Sequence record: OR896834.1 | Reading direction: 5' to 3' (one strand) | DNA length: 64,000 nt | From: Escherichia phage Baret | In this document: positions 1 through 9,766 of the stretch, one piece after another | Position numbering within the stretch: position 1 is the first letter of the stretch | Layout: every line of letters starts with the position of its first letter | Position numbers and translations under genes: made by a program | The notes under the pieces: generated by a model | Told to the model about the DNA's origin: nothing | The model's input: the letters and a program-made list of their open reading frames with translations, nothing else | The model's database searches: none

Positions 1-1317
1 ATGGAAGTATCAAGACCTTACGTTAATACAGTAGATGTTATTGATTTCGGAATAGATAAACGTTTCTTTCGTCTACCTGTTTCGGGAATACTAGCACAAG
101 AAGGTATTACACCTAATGGTCCTCAAATAGCGATTATTAATGCTCTAGAGGATCCTAGACATCGTTTTGTAACGGCGTGTGTATCACGCCGTGTAGGTAA
201 ATCCTTCATCGCATATACTCTTGGGTTCCTAAAATTGCTGGAACCTAATGTGAAGGTGTTAGTAGTTGCTCCTAACTATTCACTGGCCAACATCGGATGG
301 TCTCAGATTCGTGGTCTTATTAAAAAATATGGCCTACAAACTGAACGTGAGAACGCTAAAGATAAGGAAATTGAGTTAGCTAATGGTTCTCTGTTTAAAC
401 TAGCTTCCGCTGCTCAGGCTGACTCCGCAGTTGGACGTTCATATGATTTTATCATCTTTGACGAGGCGGCAATTTCCGATGTGGGTGGTGATGCCTTCAG
501 GGTTCAGCTGCGTCCTACTCTAGATAAACCTAATTCTAAGGCTCTATTTATTTCCACACCTCGTGGAGGTAACTGGTTTAAAGAGTTTTACGCCTACGGA
601 TTTGATGATACGTTGCCTAACTGGGTATCTATTCATGGTACATATCGTGATAACCCTCGTGCTGACCTGAATGATATAGAAGAAGCACGTCGTACGGTTA
701 GTAAAAACTACTTCCGCCAGGAATATGAAGCTGACTTCTCTGTATTTGAAGGTCAGATTTTTGATACTTTCAATGCTATTGACCATGTTAAAGACCTTAA
801 GGGTATGCGTCACTTCTTTAAAGATGATGAAGCATTCGAAACGTTGCTCGGTATTGACGTTGGTTATCGTGATCCTACAGCAGTTCTTACTATTAAATAT
901 CATTACGATACGGATACTTACTATGTATTAGAAGAGTACCAGCAGGCGGAGAAAACCACAGCTCAGCATGCTGCATATATTCAGCACTGTATAGATCGTT
1001 ATAACGTAGATCGTATCTTCGTTGACTCCGCGGCTGCCCAGTTCCGCCAGGACTTAGCTTATGAACATGAAATTGCATCAGCTCCAGCTAAAAAATCTGT
1101 CCTAGACGGTCTAGCATGCTTGCAAGCGCTATTCCAGCAGGGTAAGATTATTGTAGATGCTTCATGTTCTTCATTAATCCATGCATTGCAAAACTATAAA
1201 TGGGATTTCCAAGAAGGCGAAGAAAAATTATCACGTGAAAAACCACGTCATGATGCTAACTCTCACCTTTGTGATGCTCTGCGCTATGGAATTTACTCTA
1301 TTTCCCGTGGTAAATAA
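1..1317 (+). CDS. terminase large subunit (ORF begins at window position 1; N-terminus may be clipped)
   Basis: 438-aa ORF with P-loop-like VSRRVGKS and Walker-B-like DFIIFDEAA; first gene of a head-morphogenesis cluster (portal, protease, capsid follow). Confidence 0.8.
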   Translation: MEVSRPYVNTVDVIDFGIDKRFFRLPVSGILAQEGITPNGPQIAIINALEDPRHRFVTACVSRRVGKSFIAYTLGFLKLLEPNVKVLVVAPNYSLANIGWSQIRGLIKKYGLQTERENAKDKEIELANGSLFKLASAAQADSAVGRSYDFIIFDEAAISDVGGDAFRVQLRPTLDKPNSKALFISTPRGGNWFKEFYAYGFDDTLPNWVSIHGTYRDNPRADLNDIEEARRTVSKNYFRQEYEADFSVFEGQIFDTFNAIDHVKDLKGMRHFFKDDEAFETLLGIDVGYRDPTAVLTIKYHYDTDTYYVLEEYQQAEKTTAQHAAYIQHCIDRYNVDRIFVDSAAAQFRQDLAYEHEIASAPAKKSVLDGLACLQALFQQGKIIVDASCSSLIHALQNYKWDFQEGEEKLSREKPRHDANSHLCDALRYGIYSISRGK

Positions 1318-1330
1318 ATAAGTATAGGAA

Positions 1331-1354
1331 GGGATACTACTCAGTTGGTATCCC
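1331..1354 (+). other. perfect 7-bp stem-loop (GGGATAC-10nt-GTATCCC) between terminase and HNH genes
   Basis: inverted repeat read directly; no clear U-tract, so terminator function uncertain. Confidence 0.3.
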
Positions 1355-1431
1355 ATTCCTGCATTTTAAAATCCCCTTTACAAATTCGATACGATTATGT
1401 ATACTATATTCATACAGTTGAGGAGAACACT

Positions 1432-1869
1432 ATGGCAAGCAATGTAAAATATAAACGCGATGCTATATCCCTTATGAGAGACGGAATAAAAAGTCAATAT
1501 AAAAAAGACTCTCAATGTGCTATCTGCGGTTGTGCTGAAGAATTAGAGCTTCATCATTACCATACGGTGTCTCTACTAGTTAAAAAATTTGCTAAAGAAC
1601 TCCAATTGGATTTCACTGACGAAGAAATAGTCCTTTCAAATAGGACGGCATTCTATGATCGATATAGGCATGAGCTAGTAGAAGACACTGTTACCCTTTG
1701 TGTACACCATCACCAATTATTACATAAGGTTTACACAAAAGAACCTCCTTTATTTTCTGCTAATAAGCAAAAAGTGTGGGTTCAAAAGCAGAAAGACAAA
1801 TTACAGAATCCTCAAGAAAAGACACAAGTCAAGACTGAAACAAAATCAGGATTCGCAAGGTTCTTATAA
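1432..1869 (+). CDS. HNH endonuclease (terminase-adjacent)
   Basis: CAICGC...HHYH...CVHHHQLLH zinc/HNH motif; ATG 1432 preceded by GAGGAG RBS; ORF-track start 1345 is a TTG extension. Confidence 0.7.
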   Translation: MASNVKYKRDAISLMRDGIKSQYKKDSQCAICGCAEELELHHYHTVSLLVKKFAKELQLDFTDEEIVLSNRTAFYDRYRHELVEDTVTLCVHHHQLLHKVYTKEPPLFSANKQKVWVQKQKDKLQNPQEKTQVKTETKSGFARFL

Positions 1870-3080
1870 TGGGTTTTAAAAGCTGGATTACTGAAAAGCT
1901 AAATCCGGGTCAACGTATTATAAGAGACATGGAACCAGTTAGTCATCGCACTAACCGTAAGCCTTTTACCACTGGACAAGCCTACAGTAAAATTGAGATT
2001 CTCAATAGAACTGCTAACATGGTTATAGATAGTGCGGCGGAGTGTTCTTATACTGTCGGAGATAAATATAATATTGTCACGTATGCCAATGGCATCAAGA
2101 CAAAGACTCTAGACACTCTCTTAAATGTACGACCTAATCCATTCATGGATATAAGCACATTCCGTAGACTTGTAGTCACTGACCTACTTTTTGAAGGTTG
2201 TGCATACATCTATTGGGATGGCACAGCACTTTATCATGTCCCTGCTGCACTAATGCAAGTAGAGGCAGATGCCAATAAGTTTATCAAAAAATTTATATTT
2301 AATAACCAGATAGACTATCGCGTAGATGAGATTATCTTTATAAAGGATAACAGTTACGTGTGTGGCACAAATTCTCAAATTTCTGGGCAATCTCGTGTTG
2401 CTACTGTTATTGATTCTCTTGAGAAGCGTTCCAAGATGCTTAACTTTAAAGAGAAATTCCTCGATAACGGAACCGTGATTGGTCTTATTCTTGAGACGGA
2501 TGAAATCCTGAACAAGAAATTGCGTGAGCGTAAACAAGAAGAATTACAACTAGATTATAATCCTAGTACTGGTCAGTCCTCTGTCCTGATTCTAGATGGT
2601 GGTATGAAAGCTAAACCGTACTCCCAAATATCCTCTTTTAAAGATCTAGACTTTAAGGAAGACATTGAAGGATTTAATAAATCTATCTGTCTAGCCTTTG
2701 GTGTTCCGCAAGTGTTGCTTGATGGGGGTAATAATGCGAACATTCGACCAAACATCGAACTGTTCTATTATATGACTATCATTCCTATGCTGAACAAACT
2801 GACTAGTTCTCTTACTTTCTTTTTTGGTTATAAGATCACTCCGAATACTAAGGAAGTCGCAGCATTAACACCAGATAAAGAAGCAGAGGCTAAACATTTA
2901 ACCTCATTGGTTAATAATGGTATTATAACCGGTAACGAAGCTCGTTCAGAGCTGAACCTTGAACCTTTAGATGATGAGCAGATGAATAAGATCCGTATTC
3001 CTGCTAACGTCGCTGGTTCTGCAACAGGTGTATCTGGTCAAGAAGGTGGTAGACCCAAGAGTTCCACCGAGGGAGATTAA
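1869..3080 (+). CDS. portal protein
   Basis: 403-aa ORF between terminase and prohead protease; start overlaps upstream stop (TAATG); assigned by synteny and size. Confidence 0.7.
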   Translation: MGFKSWITEKLNPGQRIIRDMEPVSHRTNRKPFTTGQAYSKIEILNRTANMVIDSAAECSYTVGDKYNIVTYANGIKTKTLDTLLNVRPNPFMDISTFRRLVVTDLLFEGCAYIYWDGTALYHVPAALMQVEADANKFIKKFIFNNQIDYRVDEIIFIKDNSYVCGTNSQISGQSRVATVIDSLEKRSKMLNFKEKFLDNGTVIGLILETDEILNKKLRERKQEELQLDYNPSTGQSSVLILDGGMKAKPYSQISSFKDLDFKEDIEGFNKSICLAFGVPQVLLDGGNNANIRPNIELFYYMTIIPMLNKLTSSLTFFFGYKITPNTKEVAALTPDKEAEAKHLTSLVNNGIITGNEARSELNLEPLDDEQMNKIRIPANVAGSATGVSGQEGGRPKSSTEGD

Positions 3081-3082
3081 GA

Positions 3083-3568
3083 ATGATTGATTATAGTGGT
3101 CTGAGGACCATTTTTGGTGAAAAACTGCCAGAATCTCATATCTTCTTTGCTACGGTTGCTGCGCATAAATATGTTCCTAGCTATGCTTTTCTGCGTAGAG
3201 AACTAGGGCTTTCATCTGCGCATACTAATCGTAAAGTATGGAAGAAATTTGTAGAGGCTTATGGTAAAGCAATTCCTCCGGCTCCACCATTAACTCTTTC
3301 TAAAGATTTAACTGCGAGCATGTCAGTTGAAGAGGGAGCAGCATTAACACTTTCTGTTACTGCAACTGGGGGTACTGGTCCATATACTTATGCATGGACT
3401 AAAGATGGTTCTCCTATTCCTGGTGCTTCAGGAGCTACCTATACTAAGCCTACAGCAGCAGCTGAGGATGCCGGCTCTTATAAAGTAACTGTAACAGATA
3501 GTAAGCAAGTAAGTAAGGATTCTACTGCATGTGCTGTAACAGTTAATCCTACTGTTCCTGGAGGCTAA
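3083..3568 (+). CDS. capsid decoration protein with C-terminal Ig-like domain (pb10-like)
   Basis: 161 aa; C-terminal segment TLSVTATGGTGPYTYAWTKDG...SYKVTVTD is Ig-like; position between portal and protease. Confidence 0.6.
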   Translation: MIDYSGLRTIFGEKLPESHIFFATVAAHKYVPSYAFLRRELGLSSAHTNRKVWKKFVEAYGKAIPPAPPLTLSKDLTASMSVEEGAALTLSVTATGGTGPYTYAWTKDGSPIPGASGATYTKPTAAAEDAGSYKVTVTDSKQVSKDSTACAVTVNPTVPGG

Positions 3569-3571
3569 TAA

Positions 3572-4204
3572 ATGACACAAGCTGCTATTGACTATAACAA
3601 GTTAAAATCAGCACCGGTTCATTTAGATGCTTATATTAAATCTATTGATAGCGAATCCAAAGAGGGTGTTGTAAAAATACGTGGATTCGCTAATACAATT
3701 AGTAAAGATCGCGCTGGTGATGTAATTCCTGCTTCTGCATGGAAAACATCTAATGCACTTACTAACTACATGAAAAACCCGATTATTCTTTTCGGACACG
3801 ATCATCGTCGTCCAATCGGTAAGTGTATTGATCTTAACCCCACTGAAATGGGTCTCGAAATCGAATGCGAGATCTATGAAAGTTCTGACCCGGCTATCTT
3901 TTCACTAATTAAAAACGGTGTACTGAAAACTTTTAGTATCGGATTCCGCTGCCTAGATGCAGAGTGGGATGAAGCTACTGATATATTTATTATTAAAGAT
4001 TTAGAACTATACGAAGTTTCGGTAGTTTCTGTACCTTGTAATCAGGACTCAACATTCAATCTCGCTAAGAGCATGAATGGTCATGATTATACTGAATGGC
4101 GTAAATCTTTTACTGCAATAAGTTCTAAAGCTGTCCCAGCTCAAGAACGTAATCTTTCTGAACTAGAAAAACTTGCGATAGCTTTAGGCTACGTTAAAGA
4201 ATAA
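3572..4204 (+). CDS. prohead maturation protease
   Basis: 210 aa immediately upstream of major capsid gene; GGAGG RBS; assigned by synteny and size. Confidence 0.65.
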   Translation: MTQAAIDYNKLKSAPVHLDAYIKSIDSESKEGVVKIRGFANTISKDRAGDVIPASAWKTSNALTNYMKNPIILFGHDHRRPIGKCIDLNPTEMGLEIECEIYESSDPAIFSLIKNGVLKTFSIGFRCLDAEWDEATDIFIIKDLELYEVSVVSVPCNQDSTFNLAKSMNGHDYTEWRKSFTAISSKAVPAQERNLSELEKLAIALGYVKE

Positions 4205-4221
4205 CGGAGAATTATTTAAAA

Positions 4222-5598
4222 ATGACTATTGATATTAATAAGCTGAAAGAAGAACTTGGTCTGGGTGATCTGGCTAAATCTCTGGAAGGTCTGACCGCTG
4301 CTCAGAAAGCCCAGGAAGCTGAACGTATGCGTAAAGAGCAGGAAGAAAAAGAACTGGCTCGTATGAATGACCTGGTTTCTAAAGCAGTTGGCGAAGATCG
4401 TCAGAAACTGGAACAAGCTCTGGAACTGGTTAAGTCCCTGGATGAAAAATCTAAGAAGAGCGCAGAACTGTTCGCACAGACTGTAGAAAAGCAGCAGGAA
4501 ACCATTGTTGGTCTTCAGGATGAAATTAAATCTCTGCTAGCAGCTCGTGAAGGTCGTTCCTTCGTCGGTGATAGCGTAGCTAAAGCACTGTATGGTACTC
4601 AGGAAGCTTTTGAAGATGAAGTTGAAAAACTAGTTCTCCTGTCTTATATGATGGAGAAGGACGTATTTGAAACTGAACATGGTAAAGCCCACGTTAAAGC
4701 CGTTAATACTTCTTCCTCTGTACAGGTTTCCAGTGAAAACTACGAAACTATTTTCTCTACCCGTATCCTTCGTGACCTGCAGAAAGAGTTAGTAGTTGGT
4801 GCACTGTTCGATGAACTGCCAATGTCCAGCAAAATTCTTACTATGCTGGTTGAGCCTGAAGCTGGAAAAGCTACTTGGGTAGATGCTGGTTCCTACGGTA
4901 CTGATGCTACTGTTGGTAACGAAGTTAAAGGTACATTAACTGAAATTAGTTTTAAAACCTACAAACTGGCTGCTAAGTCCTTCATTACTGATGAAACTGA
5001 AGAAGATGCAATCTTCTCCCTGCTGCCGCTGCTGCGTAAGCGTCTGATTGAAGCACACGCTGTTTCTATCGAAGAAGCTTTTATGACTGGTGATGGTACT
5101 GGTAAGCCGAAAGGTCTGTTGAAACTGGCTGAAGATGATGGTGCTAAAGTTACTACTGAAGCTAAAGCTGATGGTACTGTTCTGGTAACTGCTAAAACTA
5201 TCTCTAAACTGCGTCGTAAACTGGGTCGTCATGGTCTGAAACTGAGCAAACTGGTACTGATAGTATCTATGGATGCTTACTACGATCTGCTGGAAGACGA
5301 AGAATGGCAGGATGTTGCACAGGTTGGTAACGATGCTGTTAAACTGCAAGGTCAGGTTGGTCGTATCTATGGTCTTCCGGTTGTAGTTTCTGAATACTTC
5401 CCAGCTAAAGCAGCAGATAAAGAGTTCGCAGTTATTGTTTATAAAGATAACTTCGTAATGCCGCGTCAGCGTGCTGTTACTGTTGAACGTGAGCGCCAAG
5501 CTGGTAAACAGCGTGATGCGTACTACGTTACTCAGCGTGTTAACCTGCAACGTTACTTCGAAAACGGCGTTGTATCTGGTGCTTACGCTGCATCTTAA
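4222..5598 (+). CDS. major capsid protein precursor with N-terminal coiled-coil scaffolding (delta) domain
   Basis: 458 aa; first ~150 aa charged coiled-coil (KLKEELGLGD...EIKSLLAAREG), then capsid-like body; strong codon bias (ctg/cgt/ggt) typical of a highly expressed gene. Confidence 0.85.
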   Translation: MTIDINKLKEELGLGDLAKSLEGLTAAQKAQEAERMRKEQEEKELARMNDLVSKAVGEDRQKLEQALELVKSLDEKSKKSAELFAQTVEKQQETIVGLQDEIKSLLAAREGRSFVGDSVAKALYGTQEAFEDEVEKLVLLSYMMEKDVFETEHGKAHVKAVNTSSSVQVSSENYETIFSTRILRDLQKELVVGALFDELPMSSKILTMLVEPEAGKATWVDAGSYGTDATVGNEVKGTLTEISFKTYKLAAKSFITDETEEDAIFSLLPLLRKRLIEAHAVSIEEAFMTGDGTGKPKGLLKLAEDDGAKVTTEAKADGTVLVTAKTISKLRRKLGRHGLKLSKLVLIVSMDAYYDLLEDEEWQDVAQVGNDAVKLQGQVGRIYGLPVVVSEYFPAKAADKEFAVIVYKDNFVMPRQRAVTVERERQAGKQRDAYYVTQRVNLQRYFENGVVSGAYAAS

Positions 5599-5618
5599 TA
5601 CAGGCTTTTCAGCCGATA

Positions 5619-5644
5619 AGGAGAGCTTCGGCTCTCCTTTTTTA
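5619..5644 (+). terminator. rho-independent terminator after capsid gene
   Basis: GGAGAGC-ttcg-GCTCTCC hairpin followed by TTTTTT. Confidence 0.7.
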
Positions 5645-5657
5645 TTGGGAAAAATAA

Positions 5658-6170
5658 ATGCAAATCATCACAGCCGAAGATTATAGATTATATGGTGGTT
5701 TAAAACGACCTGAATTAGAATCTGGTGTAGAAATGATGATTACTGCTGCCAATGCGCTGATCACAAGCCTTCTAGGCATGGATGACGCTGATGCGGTAGA
5801 CCAGTTAATCAATACAAAACCTACACGTAGGAAATATTTTCTGAGCTCACCATCTGCTACCTCCGTAACTAAAGTGACGATTAACGATAATGAGATTGAC
5901 CCAGAGCAGTATAGGCTATACTCTGACGGTATTATCCTCCTAAAGTTTAATCCTCCAGAAGGTTATATGGATGTAGCATATACACAAGGTGGATTCAATC
6001 CAATACCTGAAGATCTTAAGTTAGCAGCATGTATGCTAGTAGATCATTGGCATAAACAAGATTACCGCCAAGCTAAAACAATTGGTGGTGAAACAGTAAC
6101 CTTCAATAATACTAAATCTGGTATTCCAGAGCATATTCGTACTATTATTGAAGTATATAGGAGAGTATAA
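5658..6170 (+). CDS. head completion / connector protein (putative)
   Basis: 170 aa directly after capsid gene; synteny with T5-like head-tail joining genes. Confidence 0.45.
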   Translation: MQIITAEDYRLYGGLKRPELESGVEMMITAANALITSLLGMDDADAVDQLINTKPTRRKYFLSSPSATSVTKVTINDNEIDPEQYRLYSDGIILLKFNPPEGYMDVAYTQGGFNPIPEDLKLAACMLVDHWHKQDYRQAKTIGGETVTFNNTKSGIPEHIRTIIEVYRRV

Positions 6171-6937
6171 TGTCTCTTTCCGATCTAGCTAGACAAATTA
6201 TTAAAGAGCAGCTAGATACTGCAGGACGATCTGAAAATAATAAGAATACTGTTGTATACTCTGTTGAAACAGGGTTAAAAGATCCTACCAGAGACGGTAC
6301 TGTTGCTCAAGTATCTTTTAAGTTTTCAAAACCTGTATCACAAGATCTCCTTAACATTAGAACAGCTTCTATATTAAAAGCTGTATCCTCTAGCTTAGAT
6401 CTTTCTGGAGATTTAGGTGCTCTGGAGAATCTAATACAAGCAACCGCAGGTAAAAAATCTGCTGTAGGTAAAAAACGTTCTACAGGCAGAGTACAGGTAA
6501 ACTTTGGAGATCCTAAAGACGTAGAGGATGGATACTCAGGTGCAATAACAGGTGCTTCCGGACGTTTCGTGTCTAATAGCAATATGAAGGTTATATTAGA
6601 GATAGTTGCTAAAGAATACTTAATAAAGGATATGAAAAAGACAGGAGCGCCATTAAAATTTAGAACCGGTCGCTTTGCAAATTCTCTAAAAATTAAAGAT
6701 GTTATGCTTAGAGACGCAGAGACTAGTAAAGGTTCTCCTGAATTGAACGTAACATATAATTATATGACTCGTCCATATTCTGTGTTCAACCCCGCAGTAT
6801 CTACGTATAGAAGATTATCTCTACGACCTTATCCTGGCGCTAGAAACCCACAAAAACTTATTGGTGAGGCTATAGCAAAAGCTGCAAGAGACCTGATTCA
6901 CTCCAGATATAAAATTAAGGTTAATCAAGGAACCTAA
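6170..6937 (+). CDS. tail completion / neck protein (putative)
   Basis: 255 aa; ATG overlaps upstream stop; synteny. Confidence 0.4.
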   Translation: MSLSDLARQIIKEQLDTAGRSENNKNTVVYSVETGLKDPTRDGTVAQVSFKFSKPVSQDLLNIRTASILKAVSSSLDLSGDLGALENLIQATAGKKSAVGKKRSTGRVQVNFGDPKDVEDGYSGAITGASGRFVSNSNMKVILEIVAKEYLIKDMKKTGAPLKFRTGRFANSLKIKDVMLRDAETSKGSPELNVTYNYMTRPYSVFNPAVSTYRRLSLRPYPGARNPQKLIGEAIAKAARDLIHSRYKIKVNQGT

Positions 6938-6940
6938 TAA

Positions 6941-7426
6941 ATGGACCATAGAACAAGTATTGCACAAGCTATGGTTGACCGAATCTCTAAACAAATGGAT
7001 GGTTCTCAACCTGACGAATATTTTAATAACCTATACGGAAACGTTTCTCGTCAAACTTATAAATTTGAGGAAATACGAGAGTTTCCTTATGTGGCAGTTC
7101 ATATCGGAACTGAAACTGGGCAGTATCTTCCTTCGGGCCAACAGTGGATGTTTTTAGAACTTCCAATCCTGGTGTACGATAAAGAGAAAACAGACATTCA
7201 AGAGCAACTTGAAAAACTCGTAGCGGATATAAAAACCGTTATTGACACAGGTGGAAATTTAGAATATACTGTTAGTAAACCTAATGGATCGATCTTCCCA
7301 TGTGAGGCAACTGATATGATCATTACATCAGTTAGTACAGATGAGGGTCTACTGGCCCCATATGGTTTAGCAGAAATAAATGTAACAGTGAGGTATCAGC
7401 CTCCACGTAGGTCACTTCGCAGATAA
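6941..7426 (+). CDS. tail terminator protein (putative)
   Basis: 161 aa immediately upstream of tail tube gene. Confidence 0.45.
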   Translation: MDHRTSIAQAMVDRISKQMDGSQPDEYFNNLYGNVSRQTYKFEEIREFPYVAVHIGTETGQYLPSGQQWMFLELPILVYDKEKTDIQEQLEKLVADIKTVIDTGGNLEYTVSKPNGSIFPCEATDMIITSVSTDEGLLAPYGLAEINVTVRYQPPRRSLRR

Positions 7427-7452
7427 GTTACAGATTAGGAGAAAATAATTAA

Positions 7453-8859
7453 ATGTCTTTACAACTATTACGTAATACTCGAATCTTCGTGTCTACGGTT
7501 AAGACCGGTCACAATAAGACCAACACGCAAGAGATTCTAGTTCAGGATGATATTTCTTGGGGTCAGGACAGTAACTCAACAGATATTACTGTTAATGAAG
7601 CTGGTCCGCGTCCAACTCGTGGTTCTAAACGTTTTAATGACTCTTTAAACGCAGCTGAGTGGAGTTTCTCTACTTATATCCTGCCATATAAAGATAAAAC
7701 TACTAACAAACAAATTGTTCCTGACTATATGTTATGGCATGCACTTTCTAGTGGTAAAGCTATTAACTTAGAAGGTAATACAGGGGCACACAATAACGAA
7801 GCTAACTTTATGGTTAACTTCAAAGATAACTCTTATCACGAGTTAGCAATGTTACATATTTATATTCTGACTGATAAAGCATGGAGTTATATCGATTCCT
7901 GTCAGATTAATCAGGCAGAAGTTAACGTTGATATCGAAGATATTGGTCGTGTAACTTGGTCTGGTAATGGTAATCAGCTTATTCCTCTGGATGCTCAGCC
8001 ATTTGATCCAGATGTGGTAGGTATTGATGATGAAACTTATATGACTATTCAGAGTTCTTATATTAAGAACAAACTGACTATCCTGAAAATTAAGGATATG
8101 GATTCTGATAAGGCATATGATATCCCTATTACTGGTGGTACTTTCACCATTAATAATAACATCACGTACCTAACCCCAAATATTATGTCCCGTGTAAATA
8201 TTCCAATCGGTTCATTTACTGGTGCGTTTGAACTAACTGGTTCTCTGACAGCTTACCTTAATGATAAAGCTCTAGGATCTATAGAGCTATATAAAGATCT
8301 AATTAAAACTCTTAAGGTAGTTAACAAGTTTGAGATTGCACTTATCCTTGGTGGTGAATATGATGATGAACGTCCTGCAGCTGTGTTAGTTGCTAAACAG
8401 GCGCATGTTAACATTCCTACTATTGAGACTGATGATGTACTTGGTACTTCAGTAGAGTTTAAGGCTATCCCTACAGATCTGGATACTGGTGATGAAGGTT
8501 ATCTTGGTTTCTCTAGCAAGTATACTAAAACCACTGTGGCTAATCTGATTGCTACAGGAGATGGCGCTAAAACTCCACCAAAATTAGTTGAATCAATCAC
8601 AGTTAAATCTGCGGGTAATGTTACTTCAGTAGAGAATAGCAATACTTTGCAAATGTCTGTTGAGGTAACTCCGCCAGATGCTACTAATAGTGCTGTAACT
8701 TGGTCTATTTCTAGTGGTAATGCAGCTACAATTGATCCAGAATCTGGTCTATTAACTGCGGATACTACTAAGACTGGAGAAGTTACTGTGAAAGCTGTAG
8801 CTAAAGACGGTTCTGGTGTAGAAGGTACTAAGAGCATTACAGTTACTGCTGGTGGCTAA
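7453..8859 (+). CDS. tail tube protein with C-terminal Ig-like domain (pb6-like)
   Basis: 468 aa; AGGAG RBS; C-terminal ~90 aa (ITVKSAGNVTSVENSNTLQMSVEVTPPDATNSAVTWSISSG...) reads as a bacterial Ig-like fold; position before chaperones and tape measure. Confidence 0.7.
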   Translation: MSLQLLRNTRIFVSTVKTGHNKTNTQEILVQDDISWGQDSNSTDITVNEAGPRPTRGSKRFNDSLNAAEWSFSTYILPYKDKTTNKQIVPDYMLWHALSSGKAINLEGNTGAHNNEANFMVNFKDNSYHELAMLHIYILTDKAWSYIDSCQINQAEVNVDIEDIGRVTWSGNGNQLIPLDAQPFDPDVVGIDDETYMTIQSSYIKNKLTILKIKDMDSDKAYDIPITGGTFTINNNITYLTPNIMSRVNIPIGSFTGAFELTGSLTAYLNDKALGSIELYKDLIKTLKVVNKFEIALILGGEYDDERPAAVLVAKQAHVNIPTIETDDVLGTSVEFKAIPTDLDTGDEGYLGFSSKYTKTTVANLIATGDGAKTPPKLVESITVKSAGNVTSVENSNTLQMSVEVTPPDATNSAVTWSISSGNAATIDPESGLLTADTTKTGEVTVKAVAKDGSGVEGTKSITVTAGG

Positions 8860-8863
8860 TTAA

Positions 8864-9766
8864 ATGTACTACTCTCTAATGAGAGAGTCAAAAGTTATAG
8901 TTGAGTATGATGGTAGGGCATTTCATTTTGATGCCCTATCAAACTATGATATACAGACTTCCTACGAGGAATTCAAGACTCTTCGTAGGACTGTCCATCG
9001 TAGAACTAACTATGCAGACTCTATTATAAATGCTCAAACCCCCTCTTCTATCTCTCTAGCAGTAAATTTCAGTAATACTCTTACTGAGGCTAACTTCTTT
9101 GAATGGTTAGGTTTTGATAGAAAAGGTAATACTTTCTTACTCCCACTATATAGTAGTAATATTGAACCTATTATGTTCAATATCTATATAGTAAATAAAG
9201 ATAATAACTGTGTATATTTTGAAAACTGCTATGTATCTACAGTAGATTTTTCTTTAGATAAGAATATACCAATTCTTAATGTTGGTATTGAATCGGGGAA
9301 ATTTTCCGAAGTATCTACATATAGAGAAGCAGCTTCTATTATACAGGGTGAAGTAATGTCTTATAGCCCAGTAGTAGCTTCTACTAATGGCAGCATCTTA
9401 CCCGGTCTTATTTCTGCCTCTTTATCTTTCCAACAGCAGTGCTCCTGGAGAGAGGATAAGAGTGTTTTTGATATAAATAAAATTTATAATAATAAAAGAG
9501 CTTATGTAAATGAAATGAATGCTTCGGCAACCATTTCTCTATATTACTTAAAACGTTTTGCAGGAGATATGGTTTACAATATCGAACCGGAGACAGATGT
9601 ACCTTTAAATATAAGAAATAATAATATTTCTATAGATTTTCCTTCAGCACGTATTACAAAACGCCTAGATTTCTCAGATGTGTATAGAGTTGAGTGGGAT
9701 ATTATACCTACTGCTTCTTCAGACCCAGTGAGAATAGATTTCTTTGGAGAAATTAAAAATGATTAA
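8864..9766 (+). CDS. tail-associated structural protein (p140-like, putative)
   Basis: 300 aa between tail tube and chaperone ORFs. Confidence 0.4.
   Translation: MYYSLMRESKVIVEYDGRAFHFDALSNYDIQTSYEEFKTLRRTVHRRTNYADSIINAQTPSSISLAVNFSNTLTEANFFEWLGFDRKGNTFLLPLYSSNIEPIMFNIYIVNKDNNCVYFENCYVSTVDFSLDKNIPILNVGIESGKFSEVSTYREAASIIQGEVMSYSPVVASTNGSILPGLISASLSFQQQCSWREDKSVFDINKIYNNKRAYVNEMNASATISLYYLKRFAGDMVYNIEPETDVPLNIRNNNISIDFPSARITKRLDFSDVYRVEWDIIPTASSDPVRIDFFGEIKND

Noticed and set aside
4936-5550. 204-aa minus-strand ORF inside the major capsid gene
   Set aside because: Antisense to a strongly codon-biased, well-supported structural gene; no RBS; composition artefact.
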